DNA of 31,632 bases from a virus (Duplodnaviria > Caudoviricetes). A program made the position numbers and the translations under genes. Positions 7,885 to 16,628 of this stretch are shown here, one piece after another. Location: IMG/VR virus record IMGVR_UViG_3300030450_000412, positions 1-31,632 of that record; one strand, 5' to 3'. A model generated the notes under the pieces. The model was not told the origin of the DNA. It made no database searches and worked only from the letters and a program-made list of their open reading frames with translations. Numbering within the stretch: position 1 is the stretch's first letter; the number at the start of each line of letters is the position of its first letter.

Positions 7885-8094
7885 TTAGTTAATAATGTTT
7901 TTCTCTCTTATTTCAAAACAATCTTCTTTTCCATTCAGACTTATACCTAATGATTGTCCTATTCCTGATATAAAATAAACAATTTCTCCGTTTATTTCTT
8001 CAATATATTTTATTGTATTAGTTTTAGTTTTTTCTTGACCAAAAATTTTTGTCTTAAAAGTAACTGATTGACCGATATTAAATTTGTTTTTCAT
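7885..8094 (-). CDS. First early gene, hypothetical (start reassigned to MKNKFNIGQSV)
   Basis: The track start at 8154 lies inside the promoter; the ATG at 8094 has the shared AACTAAAATG leader. Confidence 0.65.
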   Translation of the reverse strand: MKNKFNIGQSVTFKTKIFGQEKTKTNTIKYIEEINGEIVYFISGIGQSLGISLNGKEDCFEIREKNIIN

Positions 8095-8121
8095 TTTAGT
8101 TTTTTTATAATTAATATGGTA

Positions 8122-8129
8122 CAAAGATA
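8122..8129 (-). promoter_or_regulatory. Host sigma70 -7 element (TATCTTTG), main early promoter
   Basis: TAnnTTTG at the head of the early gene array. Confidence 0.7.
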
Positions 8130-8142
8130 TAAAAATTAAATG

Positions 8143-8190
8143 ATATTCACACAATGATTCACAAAGTTATTAACAAAATTAGTGTTAACA
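8143..8190 (+). repeat. Four DnaA-box-like 9-mers
   Basis: ATATTCACA 8143, TGATTCACA 8155, TTATTAACA 8167, GTGTTAACA 8182; spacing 12, 12, 15. Confidence 0.5.
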
Positions 8191-8238
8191 ACCGTTTTAC
8201 TAGATAAGAGATTGTGTATGCTTTCTAGTGGGTTAGTA

Positions 8239-8319
8239 TTAAGAAAGTAAGAAAATGGCTAACATCAAGCCAAAATACAGTATAAATAAGCGTAAAGTTG
8301 CTTTATCGTGTGTATCCAT
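8239..8319 (-). CDS. Small membrane peptide, 26 aa (not in ORF track)
   Basis: MDTHDKATLRLFILYFGLMLAIFLLS; TAATG coupling. Confidence 0.5.
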   Translation of the reverse strand: MDTHDKATLRLFILYFGLMLAIFLLS

Positions 8320-9053
8320 TATAAATCCATTAGGAGGTTGATAGGTAGTGTTCCGTCATTTAATACAACAGCACATCCAATTGCTTGGCGTTTAAAATTA
8401 CGAGCATATGCAGAGGCGTAAGTGTCAGCATCCACGCCACATCCGATTTGCATGCCAAAGACTTTAAATCTTTTTCCTACAAACCATTTACAATAAGCCT
8501 CAGTATGTGTATGCCCACACACACTAGACATTAGATTATTTTTTGCTTTGGTCTGAGCTTGTGCTCCTTCACCATGTTCATACAATACACCATCATATGT
8601 AACGCTTTCCACCCAATTCCAATTTGGAGTTCCCAATACTTCGTTATAAGACTTGATCCAAGCACTAGGTATTCCCCCTGTCATTGCCTTACGTGAAGCC
8701 ATTCTATCATGGTTTCCAATACATACATCAACAGGAACATCCTCAAATGCTTTATACCAATATGAAACTTTCTCTATTGTTTTTTCTAATTCATAACCAG
8801 CAGACATCCCATCAGGGTCTGATTCATGGTAGCTAAAGGCATGATTATCAAGTATATCGCCAATAAAGATAACGTGGTTGCAGTTGTAGTTTTCGTACTG
8901 CTCTAAACACCATTCAAGATAACCGTCTAAACAAAATGGCTCATGTAAATCGCCTATACAAAGAATGTTACGCACATCATTCTCACGCATCTTTTTTAGA
9001 GCGGCTATCTCGTGGGGTTTTAATCTAAATCTATTATTTTTTTGATTTTCCAA
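8319..9053 (-). CDS. Calcineurin-like metallophosphoesterase
   Basis: GDLH, GDILD, GNHD, HG and GHTH motifs. Confidence 0.92.
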   Translation of the reverse strand: MENQKNNRFRLKPHEIAALKKMRENDVRNILCIGDLHEPFCLDGYLEWCLEQYENYNCNHVIFIGDILDNHAFSYHESDPDGMSAGYELEKTIEKVSYWYKAFEDVPVDVCIGNHDRMASRKAMTGGIPSAWIKSYNEVLGTPNWNWVESVTYDGVLYEHGEGAQAQTKAKNNLMSSVCGHTHTEAYCKWFVGKRFKVFGMQIGCGVDADTYASAYARNFKRQAIGCAVVLNDGTLPINLLMDL

Positions 9054-9222
9054 AATCTGCTGCTGATTGTCCTAGTAACATAGCTAGAAGTGAATACCAA
9101 ATTTTAGAAACTGAATCTTCGTCTACACCTAACCACGAAGCAACCATAGGTATAACAATTGAGCTAATACCTAACCATACTTTTTTTGAACTTAGTAATT
9201 GTGTTAAAATGAAATTTTTCAT
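9034..9222 (-). CDS. Putative holin (two TM helices)
   Basis: SSKKVWLGISSIVIPMVA and IWYSLLAMLLGQ; adjacent to the lysin. Confidence 0.65.
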   Translation of the reverse strand: MKNFILTQLLSSKKVWLGISSIVIPMVASWLGVDEDSVSKIWYSLLAMLLGQSAADFGKSKK

Positions 9223-9223
9223 G

Positions 9224-9709
9224 TTATTTATTTTTGATTATTAAATTAATATTTTCACCACCCAAATTTATAATTTCTTTCATAAGTAAATCCATTGCTA
9301 ACGTAGAGTTATGAACAATGTCCTGTTGGCTTCCTAGTCCTACTAGGATACAACCACGTGTGTCTTTAGCGGTATTTCCCCTATGAAATAGTATATACGA
9401 GCGGTCTTTTACCTCCTGAACTAATAAGTGAACATATTTCCTTGATGCACTTTCACGTGCAACTCTTATCCTCACAGGATATTCTCCTGCTGGTATGCAG
9501 GATATACTTCTTTGATTATCTTTCCATGGCAGTTCTAATGTATCACACATACGTTCTCCATTTAAGAACAATTCACCCATTGTTGAATTTTCTGTAAACG
9601 TATCCCTAATAATTAAAAGATTGATTTTGCTCAAATCAGATGATATAGCTTTTGTAGATTTTGCAGCCTTTAATTTCTTGAACCAACTCTTTACGCATTT
9701 TAACCACAT
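9224..9709 (-). CDS. DUF5675 family putative endolysin (L,D-peptidase-like); true start possibly TTG at 9634
   Basis: TLELPW..N...SCIPAGEY...RSYILFHRGN...DTRGCILVG. Confidence 0.85.
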   Translation of the reverse strand: MWLKCVKSWFKKLKAAKSTKAISSDLSKINLLIIRDTFTENSTMGELFLNGERMCDTLELPWKDNQRSISCIPAGEYPVRIRVARESASRKYVHLLVQEVKDRSYILFHRGNTAKDTRGCILVGLGSQQDIVHNSTLAMDLLMKEIINLGGENINLIIKNK

Positions 9710-9767
9710 TATTTTGGTTTTGGTTGTACTTAGGATTAGTGCTATTTAGTTTTCTCTTTTTTGCCAT
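9636..9767 (-). CDS. Small basic protein, 43 aa (not in ORF track)
   Basis: MAKKRKLNSTNPKYNQNQNNVVKMRKELVQEIKGCKIYKSYII; TAATG coupling. Confidence 0.5.
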   Translation of the reverse strand: MAKKRKLNSTNPKYNQNQNNVVKMRKELVQEIKGCKIYKSYII

Positions 9768-9922
9768 TACTTTTTTGCGTATTTAAAAAATTTATAAATA
9801 GTAAATACGATAGCTAAAGTTAGTGAAACAAAGGTTAGTATTTCGTTTGCCTCAACTAAAGATATTCCGATAGCTGTACTATTTGCCAGCCCTACTTGTA
9901 TTGTGTCTTGCACTTCTTTCAT
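9767..9922 (-). CDS. Holin-like membrane protein, 51 aa (not in ORF track)
   Basis: MKEVQDTIQVGLANSTAIGISLVEANEILTFVSLTLAIVFTIYKFFKYAKK; TM helix plus basic tail. Confidence 0.65.
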   Translation of the reverse strand: MKEVQDTIQVGLANSTAIGISLVEANEILTFVSLTLAIVFTIYKFFKYAKK

Positions 9923-10004
9923 TTGTATTTGATTTAGGCTTTGTATCCAAATAGGATTTCAGCTTTGTTATGTTTATTTTTTTTGTTTTATAATATTTCT
10001 TCAT
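9879..10004 (-). CDS. Small basic protein, 41 aa (not in ORF track)
   Basis: MKKYYKTKKINITKLKSYLDTKPKSNTNERSARHNTSRAGK; TAATG coupling; overlaps the next ORF. Confidence 0.35.
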   Translation of the reverse strand: MKKYYKTKKINITKLKSYLDTKPKSNTNERSARHNTSRAGK

Positions 10005-10582
10005 TAGCTATAATCACTCGGATTTAAAAAGTTTCTTAAAGTTAATTTAGTTCCTTGCTGCATTGGTCTTTCAAGGTTCATGCCATTGTAGTACGCATTT
10101 TGATCAGGATTAACATCGGCACCACTGTTTGTTGAATATTCAGGAAAACTAGCTGTATTGTTTCTTATATAGTCTATTAGTCTTTCCGTATAATATTCTG
10201 CCGTATTTCTAACTTCTTCTCTTAAATGTTGTGCTTCTTCTGTACTTAAAGCAGTTCCTGTTTCTGAAGTTTTGGAATATATATTGCCGTTCTCGATTTT
10301 AAATCTAAGGAAGGGTATGGCATGGTAAAATGCCCAATTCGGTAACATGTCGCCAATGTAATCATCTAATAAAGTTTTATATGCTTCATTACCTACATTT
10401 CCAATAGTACCAGCTACAATTAAATCTTTTAATTTTTGATTTAACTCAGTTCCTAGCTTAGTTTCTACATATAGCTTTTGTGCTTGTCGTACATAAGGCA
10501 ACAAAAGATTGACATCAACATTAAGATTTATTGCTGTTGAATCTTTTAATTTTTCTTCTGATATGAATAATACGTATGCCAT
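10004..10582 (-). CDS. Putative head-tail adaptor (DUF6712-like)
   Basis: Follows the portal; helical 192 aa with LLLPYVRQAQ..YVETKLGTEL. Confidence 0.6.
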   Translation of the reverse strand: MAYVLFISEEKLKDSTAINLNVDVNLLLPYVRQAQKLYVETKLGTELNQKLKDLIVAGTIGNVGNEAYKTLLDDYIGDMLPNWAFYHAIPFLRFKIENGNIYSKTSETGTALSTEEAQHLREEVRNTAEYYTERLIDYIRNNTASFPEYSTNSGADVNPDQNAYYNGMNLERPMQQGTKLTLRNFLNPSDYS

Positions 10583-10584
10583 AG

Positions 10585-12609
10585 TTATCTTGGTTTTAAA
10601 AATCCTTTGTTCTTCATTCTTTTTGGTGGTTTGTTTACTAAAGGACTATTTTTTTCAGCAGTAAACCCCTCACTTTTTGCTTTAGTGTATCCTATCAAAT
10701 CAGCATCTTCAATCTTAGTTGTTCTTGATTGCCCTAGTGTTGTTTTATAAATCTGGCGGAGCCAAAAATGTTGGCAGTTGCCACCACCCTTATAAAGCCA
10801 TATAGAATATTTTAAAGCTCCTTTAGGTCCCCATCCAATATTCTTTTTTTGATTTTTTGAATAGTAATAATCATTAACAACTTTATTTGACATGCTTATT
10901 ATATCTTCCTTTCTATACATTTTTTTAGCACCCATCATTTGACGGCAAAACTTTCTGTTTTGTCCTGTTTTATTTACTAAAAAAGGATCTTCAGCATATA
11001 CATAACGCACTCTAAAATAATCAGATGTTTTTTTAGAAATACCATCTTGCTCAGATTTCCTTCCAGGCAAAGCTTTTCCTGTTGATGCTAACTCTATTTT
11101 TTCACCAGCTACATCATTTAAAACTGCTTCAAAATCAAAATCTTCATGTTCTTCACCGATTTTTTCTTCATCAACTAATTCCCAATCTTCAGGAATATCT
11201 TCACCATATTCTGCAATAAATTTAGAAAGCTCAGTTGCTTCTTCATGACCCTCACAAGCCATGTAGGCCGTTCTGCCCTCATATTCATGCTCATGGTACC
11301 CCGTACACCCCAAAGTCTTTGCATGAGCTTCAGCCTCTTCTATTGTGCTAAAAACAGGCTTTCCATCAATCATACCTACTTTGCTAAAATCTTCTCTAAC
11401 CTCTACATCTGTCAACGGAGCCAATCCAACTTCTTCTCTTATTTCATCTTCTGTCATTACTGCTTTTAAATCTTCAGATGTAAATTCTACGGTAATTGGT
11501 TTTAATTGTACAAATTTGATCGGTAAATCCATATTGTTTACATCAAATATTGTTTGCAGTGTATTTTCTATGTGTAGTTGAAATGGTTTAACAACAGTAT
11601 TTAAATAAAAATTTGCAGCAGCATTAAGTTCATCTACATTTGATCCTAATCCTGTATCATTCTTGATACCCATTAGCATTGGAGAAGTAACTCTATGCCC
11701 TGTTAAAATATTTTGAACTAGCAGTTCTTGTAATGCTAAATATTGCTTGTCGGCATCAGAAACACTAATTGGTGTTATCTCAGGTGTTCTTGTTCGATCG
11801 TCACTGAACGTAAGTATGAACTTACCGCTATTTTTTGCGCCCACGAATTTATCTTTTAAGCTTTGTTCTATTTGAAATCTTTCTTCTTGTGTTGGCACAC
11901 CATTGGCGAAACTAATGAAGTAAGATCCCGAGAAGCCATTGTCTATATTGGATAGATGAAATTCGGCAACTCTTTGATCTATTAAAGCCCAATTATTAGC
12001 TGCCAAATAATCAGGTGTGTGATAAACATCCATATTTGGAGAATAAGAACCTGTATATAGTAATTGACTTGTAGCAGTTCTATCATTTCTGTTAAATGCT
12101 GAAATTGGATAAGGCTTGTGTATTCTAGTGTTTGACCAATCTGCACTAATAAAATAAGTATCAACTTGCCCCATTTCGTTTGGTCTACCTGCCCTTACCC
12201 TTTCAACAGGCACGTGATACAATTCAGCAATTTCAGTTCTTTCTCGGTTCCAAATAATGTGTAAGGCGTAAGCCCCCTGAAGTTTAAAATCAAAAGCAAC
12301 TTTTTTAATTACTTGATGTAATGATTCTTTACTATTAGGATGTCTTAAAAACTTTTTAAGCTTAACATAAGAATCTAAATTAGTATCACCATCATCATCC
12401 ACAATCAAATCCTCGCCAGCAATCATTTCTGCCGTCTGATTGATAATAGCGGCATGGGTCGAACTGTTATAATATAAATCTATGAGAAACTGAGGATAGA
12501 GGTTTTTCCAATCTTCTGTTCCGTATTCGATATAATCTTTGCCACGAACTTCTTGAATTATTGGAGCTGTTTGAGTTTCTAGATTTATACTTAAAATATT
12601 ATCTTTCAT
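10585..12609 (-). CDS. Portal protein with long C-terminal extension
   Basis: YGTEDWKNLYPQFL..LY..SSTHAAI, FVGAKNSGK and ILTGHRVTSPMLMGI motifs. Confidence 0.85.
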   Translation of the reverse strand: MKDNILSINLETQTAPIIQEVRGKDYIEYGTEDWKNLYPQFLIDLYYNSSTHAAIINQTAEMIAGEDLIVDDDGDTNLDSYVKLKKFLRHPNSKESLHQVIKKVAFDFKLQGAYALHIIWNRERTEIAELYHVPVERVRAGRPNEMGQVDTYFISADWSNTRIHKPYPISAFNRNDRTATSQLLYTGSYSPNMDVYHTPDYLAANNWALIDQRVAEFHLSNIDNGFSGSYFISFANGVPTQEERFQIEQSLKDKFVGAKNSGKFILTFSDDRTRTPEITPISVSDADKQYLALQELLVQNILTGHRVTSPMLMGIKNDTGLGSNVDELNAAANFYLNTVVKPFQLHIENTLQTIFDVNNMDLPIKFVQLKPITVEFTSEDLKAVMTEDEIREEVGLAPLTDVEVREDFSKVGMIDGKPVFSTIEEAEAHAKTLGCTGYHEHEYEGRTAYMACEGHEEATELSKFIAEYGEDIPEDWELVDEEKIGEEHEDFDFEAVLNDVAGEKIELASTGKALPGRKSEQDGISKKTSDYFRVRYVYAEDPFLVNKTGQNRKFCRQMMGAKKMYRKEDIISMSNKVVNDYYYSKNQKKNIGWGPKGALKYSIWLYKGGGNCQHFWLRQIYKTTLGQSRTTKIEDADLIGYTKAKSEGFTAEKNSPLVNKPPKRMKNKGFLKPR

Positions 12610-12620
12610 GTTTTCTTAAT

Positions 12621-12710
12621 TTATTTTCTACAACATTTTGTTTCACACCAATTGAAGCAAATTTTGTTGAAAGTTATTTTGCAGATAAATTTACATATAA
12701 TTTTTTTCAT
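12621..12710 (-). CDS. Cys-rich cationic peptide, 29 aa (not in ORF track)
   Basis: MKKIICKFICKITFNKICFNWCETKCCRK; fills the gap between the LamG gene and portal. Confidence 0.55.
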   Translation of the reverse strand: MKKIICKFICKITFNKICFNWCETKCCRK

Positions 12711-12717
12711 AGTTTTA

Positions 12718-13398
12718 TTATAGTTTTGATAAATGATTATTCACATTAGCAGTTAAAGTAGGGTTAGAGGCAGCAAATATCTGAATTTCATACATTTTTC
12801 CTTGATACGCATTAACATCTGTTTTTCTTACACCTATTGCATCAATATCTGAAGTTCCTGCTAGAGTTCCACTCCCTGTACTTTGTTCAACCCCGTTATG
12901 CCATAAAGTCAAAGTGTTTGAGCTTCTAGTAACTACTATATATCCATTTCCAAATGTTCCGCTATCTAAATCCAGGTTTCTAGTAGTTCCATCAATTTTT
13001 ACTGCTAATCTAGTGTCTGATGTAAGTTTAAAAAACTCATTTGCAGTTGTGTTGTCTCCAACAAGAACATTGTTATATGCACCAGCGTAAAATTTTATTC
13101 CTATTGTAAAGTTTGCTGGTAAAGACATTTGGCTGGTTGTTTGTAGGTTTTGTTTGTCAGCAGCAACAAAATCTAAATATTCACCACTAGCGTCATAAGC
13201 AGGTTGCTCAGATGCTGTTGCTTGTACCATATCCCTACTATTAGAAGATTGATCCCTCCATGTGCTTACATCACTACCATTTAGCACAATACCAGCACCT
13301 TTTTTATACCAAGCCTCTAGCTTAGTTTCATCAGTAGGACTCCAAGCGCCCATTGGTTTAATTGAAGCTAAACTAAATCCTAATCCTAATTTTACCAT
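12718..13398 (-). CDS. Virion protein with LamG/ConA-like beta-sandwich
   Basis: LEAWY...VSTWRDQS.N...QP.Y and YQGKMYEIQIF pattern. Confidence 0.7.
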   Translation of the reverse strand: MVKLGLGFSLASIKPMGAWSPTDETKLEAWYKKGAGIVLNGSDVSTWRDQSSNSRDMVQATASEQPAYDASGEYLDFVAADKQNLQTTSQMSLPANFTIGIKFYAGAYNNVLVGDNTTANEFFKLTSDTRLAVKIDGTTRNLDLDSGTFGNGYIVVTRSSNTLTLWHNGVEQSTGSGTLAGTSDIDAIGVRKTDVNAYQGKMYEIQIFAASNPTLTANVNNHLSKL

Positions 13399-13401
13399 AT
13401 C

Positions 13402-13677
13402 TTATGTTGTTACTCCTTCGTGATAACCTATTCCAATTCCACTCGTTAGTGTTATTGCCGTAATATTCATCAGAAGAGTTGTGCCAGCAGGTAGTGTTGT
13501 TTGTAAAGCTGATTCACCTGTTGCATCTGCTACTGTTATTGCAGATACTACGCTTTCAACAGGAAAGTAAACACAATACCAATCTTTGCTAGTTTGTGCT
13601 GCTGTTGTAAACACTTCAGTGCTGCCGTTTTTACCTAATTGCTCAGTTAAGAGTTGTTGTACATTTTCTATTGCCAT
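13402..13677 (-). CDS. Small virion (decoration-like) protein
   Basis: Thr/Ala-rich beta protein in the structural operon. Confidence 0.5.
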   Translation of the reverse strand: MAIENVQQLLTEQLGKNGSTEVFTTAAQTSKDWYCVYFPVESVVSAITVADATGESALQTTLPAGTTLLMNITAITLTSGIGIGYHEGVTT

Positions 13678-13687
13678 TTTATTTTAT

Positions 13688-14167
13688 TTATTGTCCGTAA
13701 TATATATAATTCGTTCCACTTGGTTCTTCTCTTTGTGTATATGTCACTTGTTGCGTTCCATCTTTTTCAGCAACATACATTTTTCCTTTTGTTACTAATC
13801 CCTGCACAACACCATGAGTGGGTCCCACAGGTAATACATCATCTTCTGTTACAGGAGCATTACCCACACTAATTGCTACTGCACCTGTCCAACTAACTTC
13901 AAACACTTCATATTTCCAATATCCAGCAGGTAACAAATCAATATCACCTGTATAAACATCAGGAGTTGCATTATATGTAAACACAAATTTTGTGTATCTT
14001 TCATATATTAAATGCACTGATGAATAAGCATACTGAACTGATTTATCCATATCATTAGTGAACTTCACTAAATGCCTTATCTTGCTTGAATCAACAGAAG
14101 TATCAATTCTATTATCTTCAGTTTGCAAATAAAAAGTTAAATCTGTTTTAGTTGTTGCTTGTATCAT
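13688..14167 (-). CDS. Putative head-closure/virion structural protein
   Basis: Beta-rich, GYWKYEVFE; first gene after a late-promoter copy. Confidence 0.5.
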   Translation of the reverse strand: MIQATTKTDLTFYLQTEDNRIDTSVDSSKIRHLVKFTNDMDKSVQYAYSSVHLIYERYTKFVFTYNATPDVYTGDIDLLPAGYWKYEVFEVSWTGAVAISVGNAPVTEDDVLPVGPTHGVVQGLVTKGKMYVAEKDGTQQVTYTQREEPSGTNYIYYGQ

Positions 14168-14171
14168 ATAT

Positions 14172-14200
14172 TATATAATAGAAAAACCCTGTTTTTATTT
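14172..14200 (-). promoter_or_regulatory. Putative phage late promoter
   Basis: AAATAA-N12-TCTATTATATA, 4 nt before the ATG. Confidence 0.75.
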
Positions 14201-14205
14201 GCTTA

Positions 14206-14234
14206 TAAAAGAAAAAGGTGGCAATAAAGCCACC
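14206..14234 (-). terminator. Intrinsic terminator after the putative tail tube gene
   Basis: GGTGGC-tttatt-GCCACC followed by TTTTTCTTTT. Confidence 0.8.
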
Positions 14235-14268
14235 CTAATCTGAAATATATATGAAAAAACTAAGTAGA

Positions 14269-14850
14269 TTAAGAAGTTGTAGGGAATGTTCCCGCCTCAT
14301 TAATAAAACCACTTTGATCCCAAGGCGTAGTAGTATAGTCTTCTAACATAGCAAAAGGTAATGCTTCCATGCCCTCAAACGTCAATGTGTAACCGTTTCT
14401 GTCGCCGAATCCAGCGCCTGTATCCATAGTACCAGAGTTTAGTTCCATACCATTAGCCATTCCTAATGCAATAAATACATCATGTCCATTAGCTAGTTGT
14501 TGATTTAATTGAGCAAAAATTCTTACTTTACTTTTTGCCAATAATTTTATTTCGTTTTGATCCTCTTTAGTTAATCTGTTTAATATAATATTAACAGTAG
14601 GTGTGTAAAAGATTGTGCCATTTTCTCTAGAGCCTGTAATAGTGTCAGTAATACTAGCTACGCCCAAAGGCATAACGTATTCATAAATAGTGCTACCATC
14701 CCAATCAATCGCATCAATTTCTAAAGGGTGTGTTGCGTCATAAGTATAAGAAACATCTTTATCATATACTGAGAAGAATATTTTTTTTACTCCTCCTGAT
14801 ATACGATTACAGTCGAGTCCTCTACCGCGCGTAAGTGCCGTGCATGCCAT
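14269..14850 (-). CDS. Probable major tail (tube) protein
   Basis: MAC..LTRGR.LDC...GGVK, SRENGTIFY and GDRNGYTLTFEG pattern; follows the capsid gene. Confidence 0.6.
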   Translation of the reverse strand: MACTALTRGRGLDCNRISGGVKKIFFSVYDKDVSYTYDATHPLEIDAIDWDGSTIYEYVMPLGVASITDTITGSRENGTIFYTPTVNIILNRLTKEDQNEIKLLAKSKVRIFAQLNQQLANGHDVFIALGMANGMELNSGTMDTGAGFGDRNGYTLTFEGMEALPFAMLEDYTTTPWDQSGFINEAGTFPTTS

Positions 14851-14871
14851 AAGTCGTTGATTTTAAAGGTT

Positions 14872-14903
14872 AAAGGAGCAAGGGTTTTTACACCCCTGCT
14901 TCT
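14872..14903 (-). terminator. Hairpin / leaky terminator after the capsid gene
   Basis: AGCAGGGG-tgtaaaaa-CCCTTGCT followed by CCTTT. Confidence 0.6.
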
Positions 14904-14917
14904 ATTAATTAAGTTAT

Positions 14918-15832
14918 TTATGATTGTCTAACAATATCAGCTCCAACTCCTGTTTGAACACCTGCTGAATATCTTGCAACAACTCTCATGTTGTCACTGC
15001 CGTCAAGGTTAGCCATGTCTAACATAGATATTCTAGTAGCGTCACTTAAAAGGTCAGTTCCAAAGAACATGTTTGACTTTTCTGCTGCAACTAGCTGGTT
15101 GTCTGCCATGCCTGGACAAACGGCAATTTTGTAGCCTTCAAATACAGGCTCATAATCTCCGTTCATGTTGTAAGCGTTTACATATCCTAAAGTCGATACT
15201 GCTGAAATGTAGAATGCGTAAGTTTTAGGATTCATGTAAATATGTAAATCCTCTTTTCTTAATATTGGAGAAACATTAGCAGCCATGTCAGCCGTTAAAG
15301 TTTGTAAGTTAGCAATAATGTTTGCTGCCGTGTAAGCGCCTGAAGCTGATGACTGAATTACAGTTGCATCAACACCTGGTAATAAGTACCCTGTTGCAGC
15401 TCCTAAGAATCCCTTGAATTTACCTGCTACTGCTGTACCTTCCCAAATGCTTTCTTCAGTACCATTAGCAATAATCTCACCTAAGTAAGAAATTACATAA
15501 TCCTCAAAAGATGCTGGAGGTGGAGCGCCTGCTCCTGCTCTCATTTGAAGGGCTTCCCAAGAATCAAGAAGGGTACTCTTACATAAATCAATATTTATTT
15601 GTAGGTTCTTAGGTTCTAAAACTTTTTCTGTCAGGGCAAGAGTTCCTGCATCATTAAAGTCACACGTAGCGTCAGCAATCATGCCTGATCCCGCCATACG
15701 TTGGATGTTACTCTTGTACTTAATGTTTTCGATCATTGTTAAATAGTCCAATGATTTAGCTTCTTTTAGGGCTGCCGCAATATAAAATCCCGCCGCCTTC
15801 CCCGCAAAGTTGCTCGTTGTAGTAAATGCCAT
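14918..15832 (-). CDS. Major capsid protein
   Basis: 304 aa after the scaffold gene; IENIKYK, LTEKVLEP, IWEG and FFGTDLLSD pattern. Confidence 0.85.
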   Translation of the reverse strand: MAFTTTSNFAGKAAGFYIAAALKEAKSLDYLTMIENIKYKSNIQRMAGSGMIADATCDFNDAGTLALTEKVLEPKNLQINIDLCKSTLLDSWEALQMRAGAGAPPPASFEDYVISYLGEIIANGTEESIWEGTAVAGKFKGFLGAATGYLLPGVDATVIQSSASGAYTAANIIANLQTLTADMAANVSPILRKEDLHIYMNPKTYAFYISAVSTLGYVNAYNMNGDYEPVFEGYKIAVCPGMADNQLVAAEKSNMFFGTDLLSDATRISMLDMANLDGSDNMRVVARYSAGVQTGVGADIVRQS

Positions 15833-15862
15833 AATTTTTTGTTTTTTTGGTTATTTATTAAT

Positions 15863-16582
15863 TTATAATTTATTTAAGTTGTATAAAAATTTCTCATGTT
15901 TAGAAAGTTTACTATAATCTTTTCTAGATAATGTAGGTCTTTCTGAGCTAAATTTATTAATGTTTATTGGTGAATCAGCAGGGCTTGAAGCTAATTCAGT
16001 TTTAAGTTTTTCGTTTTCAGCTTTTAATTTTTCTACTTCTTCTTCTGCTGAAAATTCTACTACTTCAGTTGTTTTAGTAGTAACTGTTTTTGGAGTATCA
16101 GATACTTCTTCAGTAGTTTCTTCTGTCATTTCTACTTCTTCTGAATCATCACCACCAACTTTATCTCTTTTTAAATCAGCAACTGCGTCTTCTAGGTTCT
16201 TGATTCTTTTTTCCATGCCCTCCCAGTCATAAACTGCTGCTTCTTCATCATAATCATCTTTATCTTCTTCAGCTAATTCTTCTTCTTTAACTTCTTCTGA
16301 AGCTTCTTCTTTTTCTTCAGTTTCAGATTCGATAACTTCACCAACAACGCCTTCTTCTTCTACTCTGAAGCTAACGCCTGTATCGGTCTTATATGTTCCG
16401 ATTGGTAAAGGTATTGTCGTGCCATCTTCTGTTAAAACAGAAATATCAACACCTGATTCTAATTCTTCAGCAGTAGAAACAAAGATCGTACCATCTTCGG
16501 ATTTCGCCTGCCATTCTAATTTAATTTCTTCTTTAGCTTTACTTAAGCCAAGAGCTACTAATATTTGTTCTTTAATGTCCAT
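15863..16582 (-). CDS. Capsid scaffolding protein
   Basis: Very acidic with coiled-coil segments; between the protease and capsid genes. Confidence 0.75.
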   Translation of the reverse strand: MDIKEQILVALGLSKAKEEIKLEWQAKSEDGTIFVSTAEELESGVDISVLTEDGTTIPLPIGTYKTDTGVSFRVEEEGVVGEVIESETEEKEEASEEVKEEELAEEDKDDYDEEAAVYDWEGMEKRIKNLEDAVADLKRDKVGGDDSEEVEMTEETTEEVSDTPKTVTTKTTEVVEFSAEEEVEKLKAENEKLKTELASSPADSPININKFSSERPTLSRKDYSKLSKHEKFLYNLNKL

Positions 16583-16594
16583 AGGTTCTTTTTT

Positions 16595-16623
16595 AATATA
16601 ATAGAATAGTTATTTATTTATTT
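16595..16623 (-). promoter_or_regulatory. Putative phage late promoter
   Basis: AAATAA-N12-TCTATTATATT, 12 nt before the scaffold ATG. Confidence 0.7.
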
Positions 16624-16628
16624 GATTT

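Noticed and set aside
7678-8190. CRISPR-like mini-array or diversity-generating retroelement
   Set aside because: The repeats are gene leaders or short boxes without regular spacers; no cas or reverse transcriptase gene was recognised
11982-12164. 60-aa minus-strand ORF inside the portal gene
   Set aside because: Alternative frame within a conserved gene, with no leader or motif support
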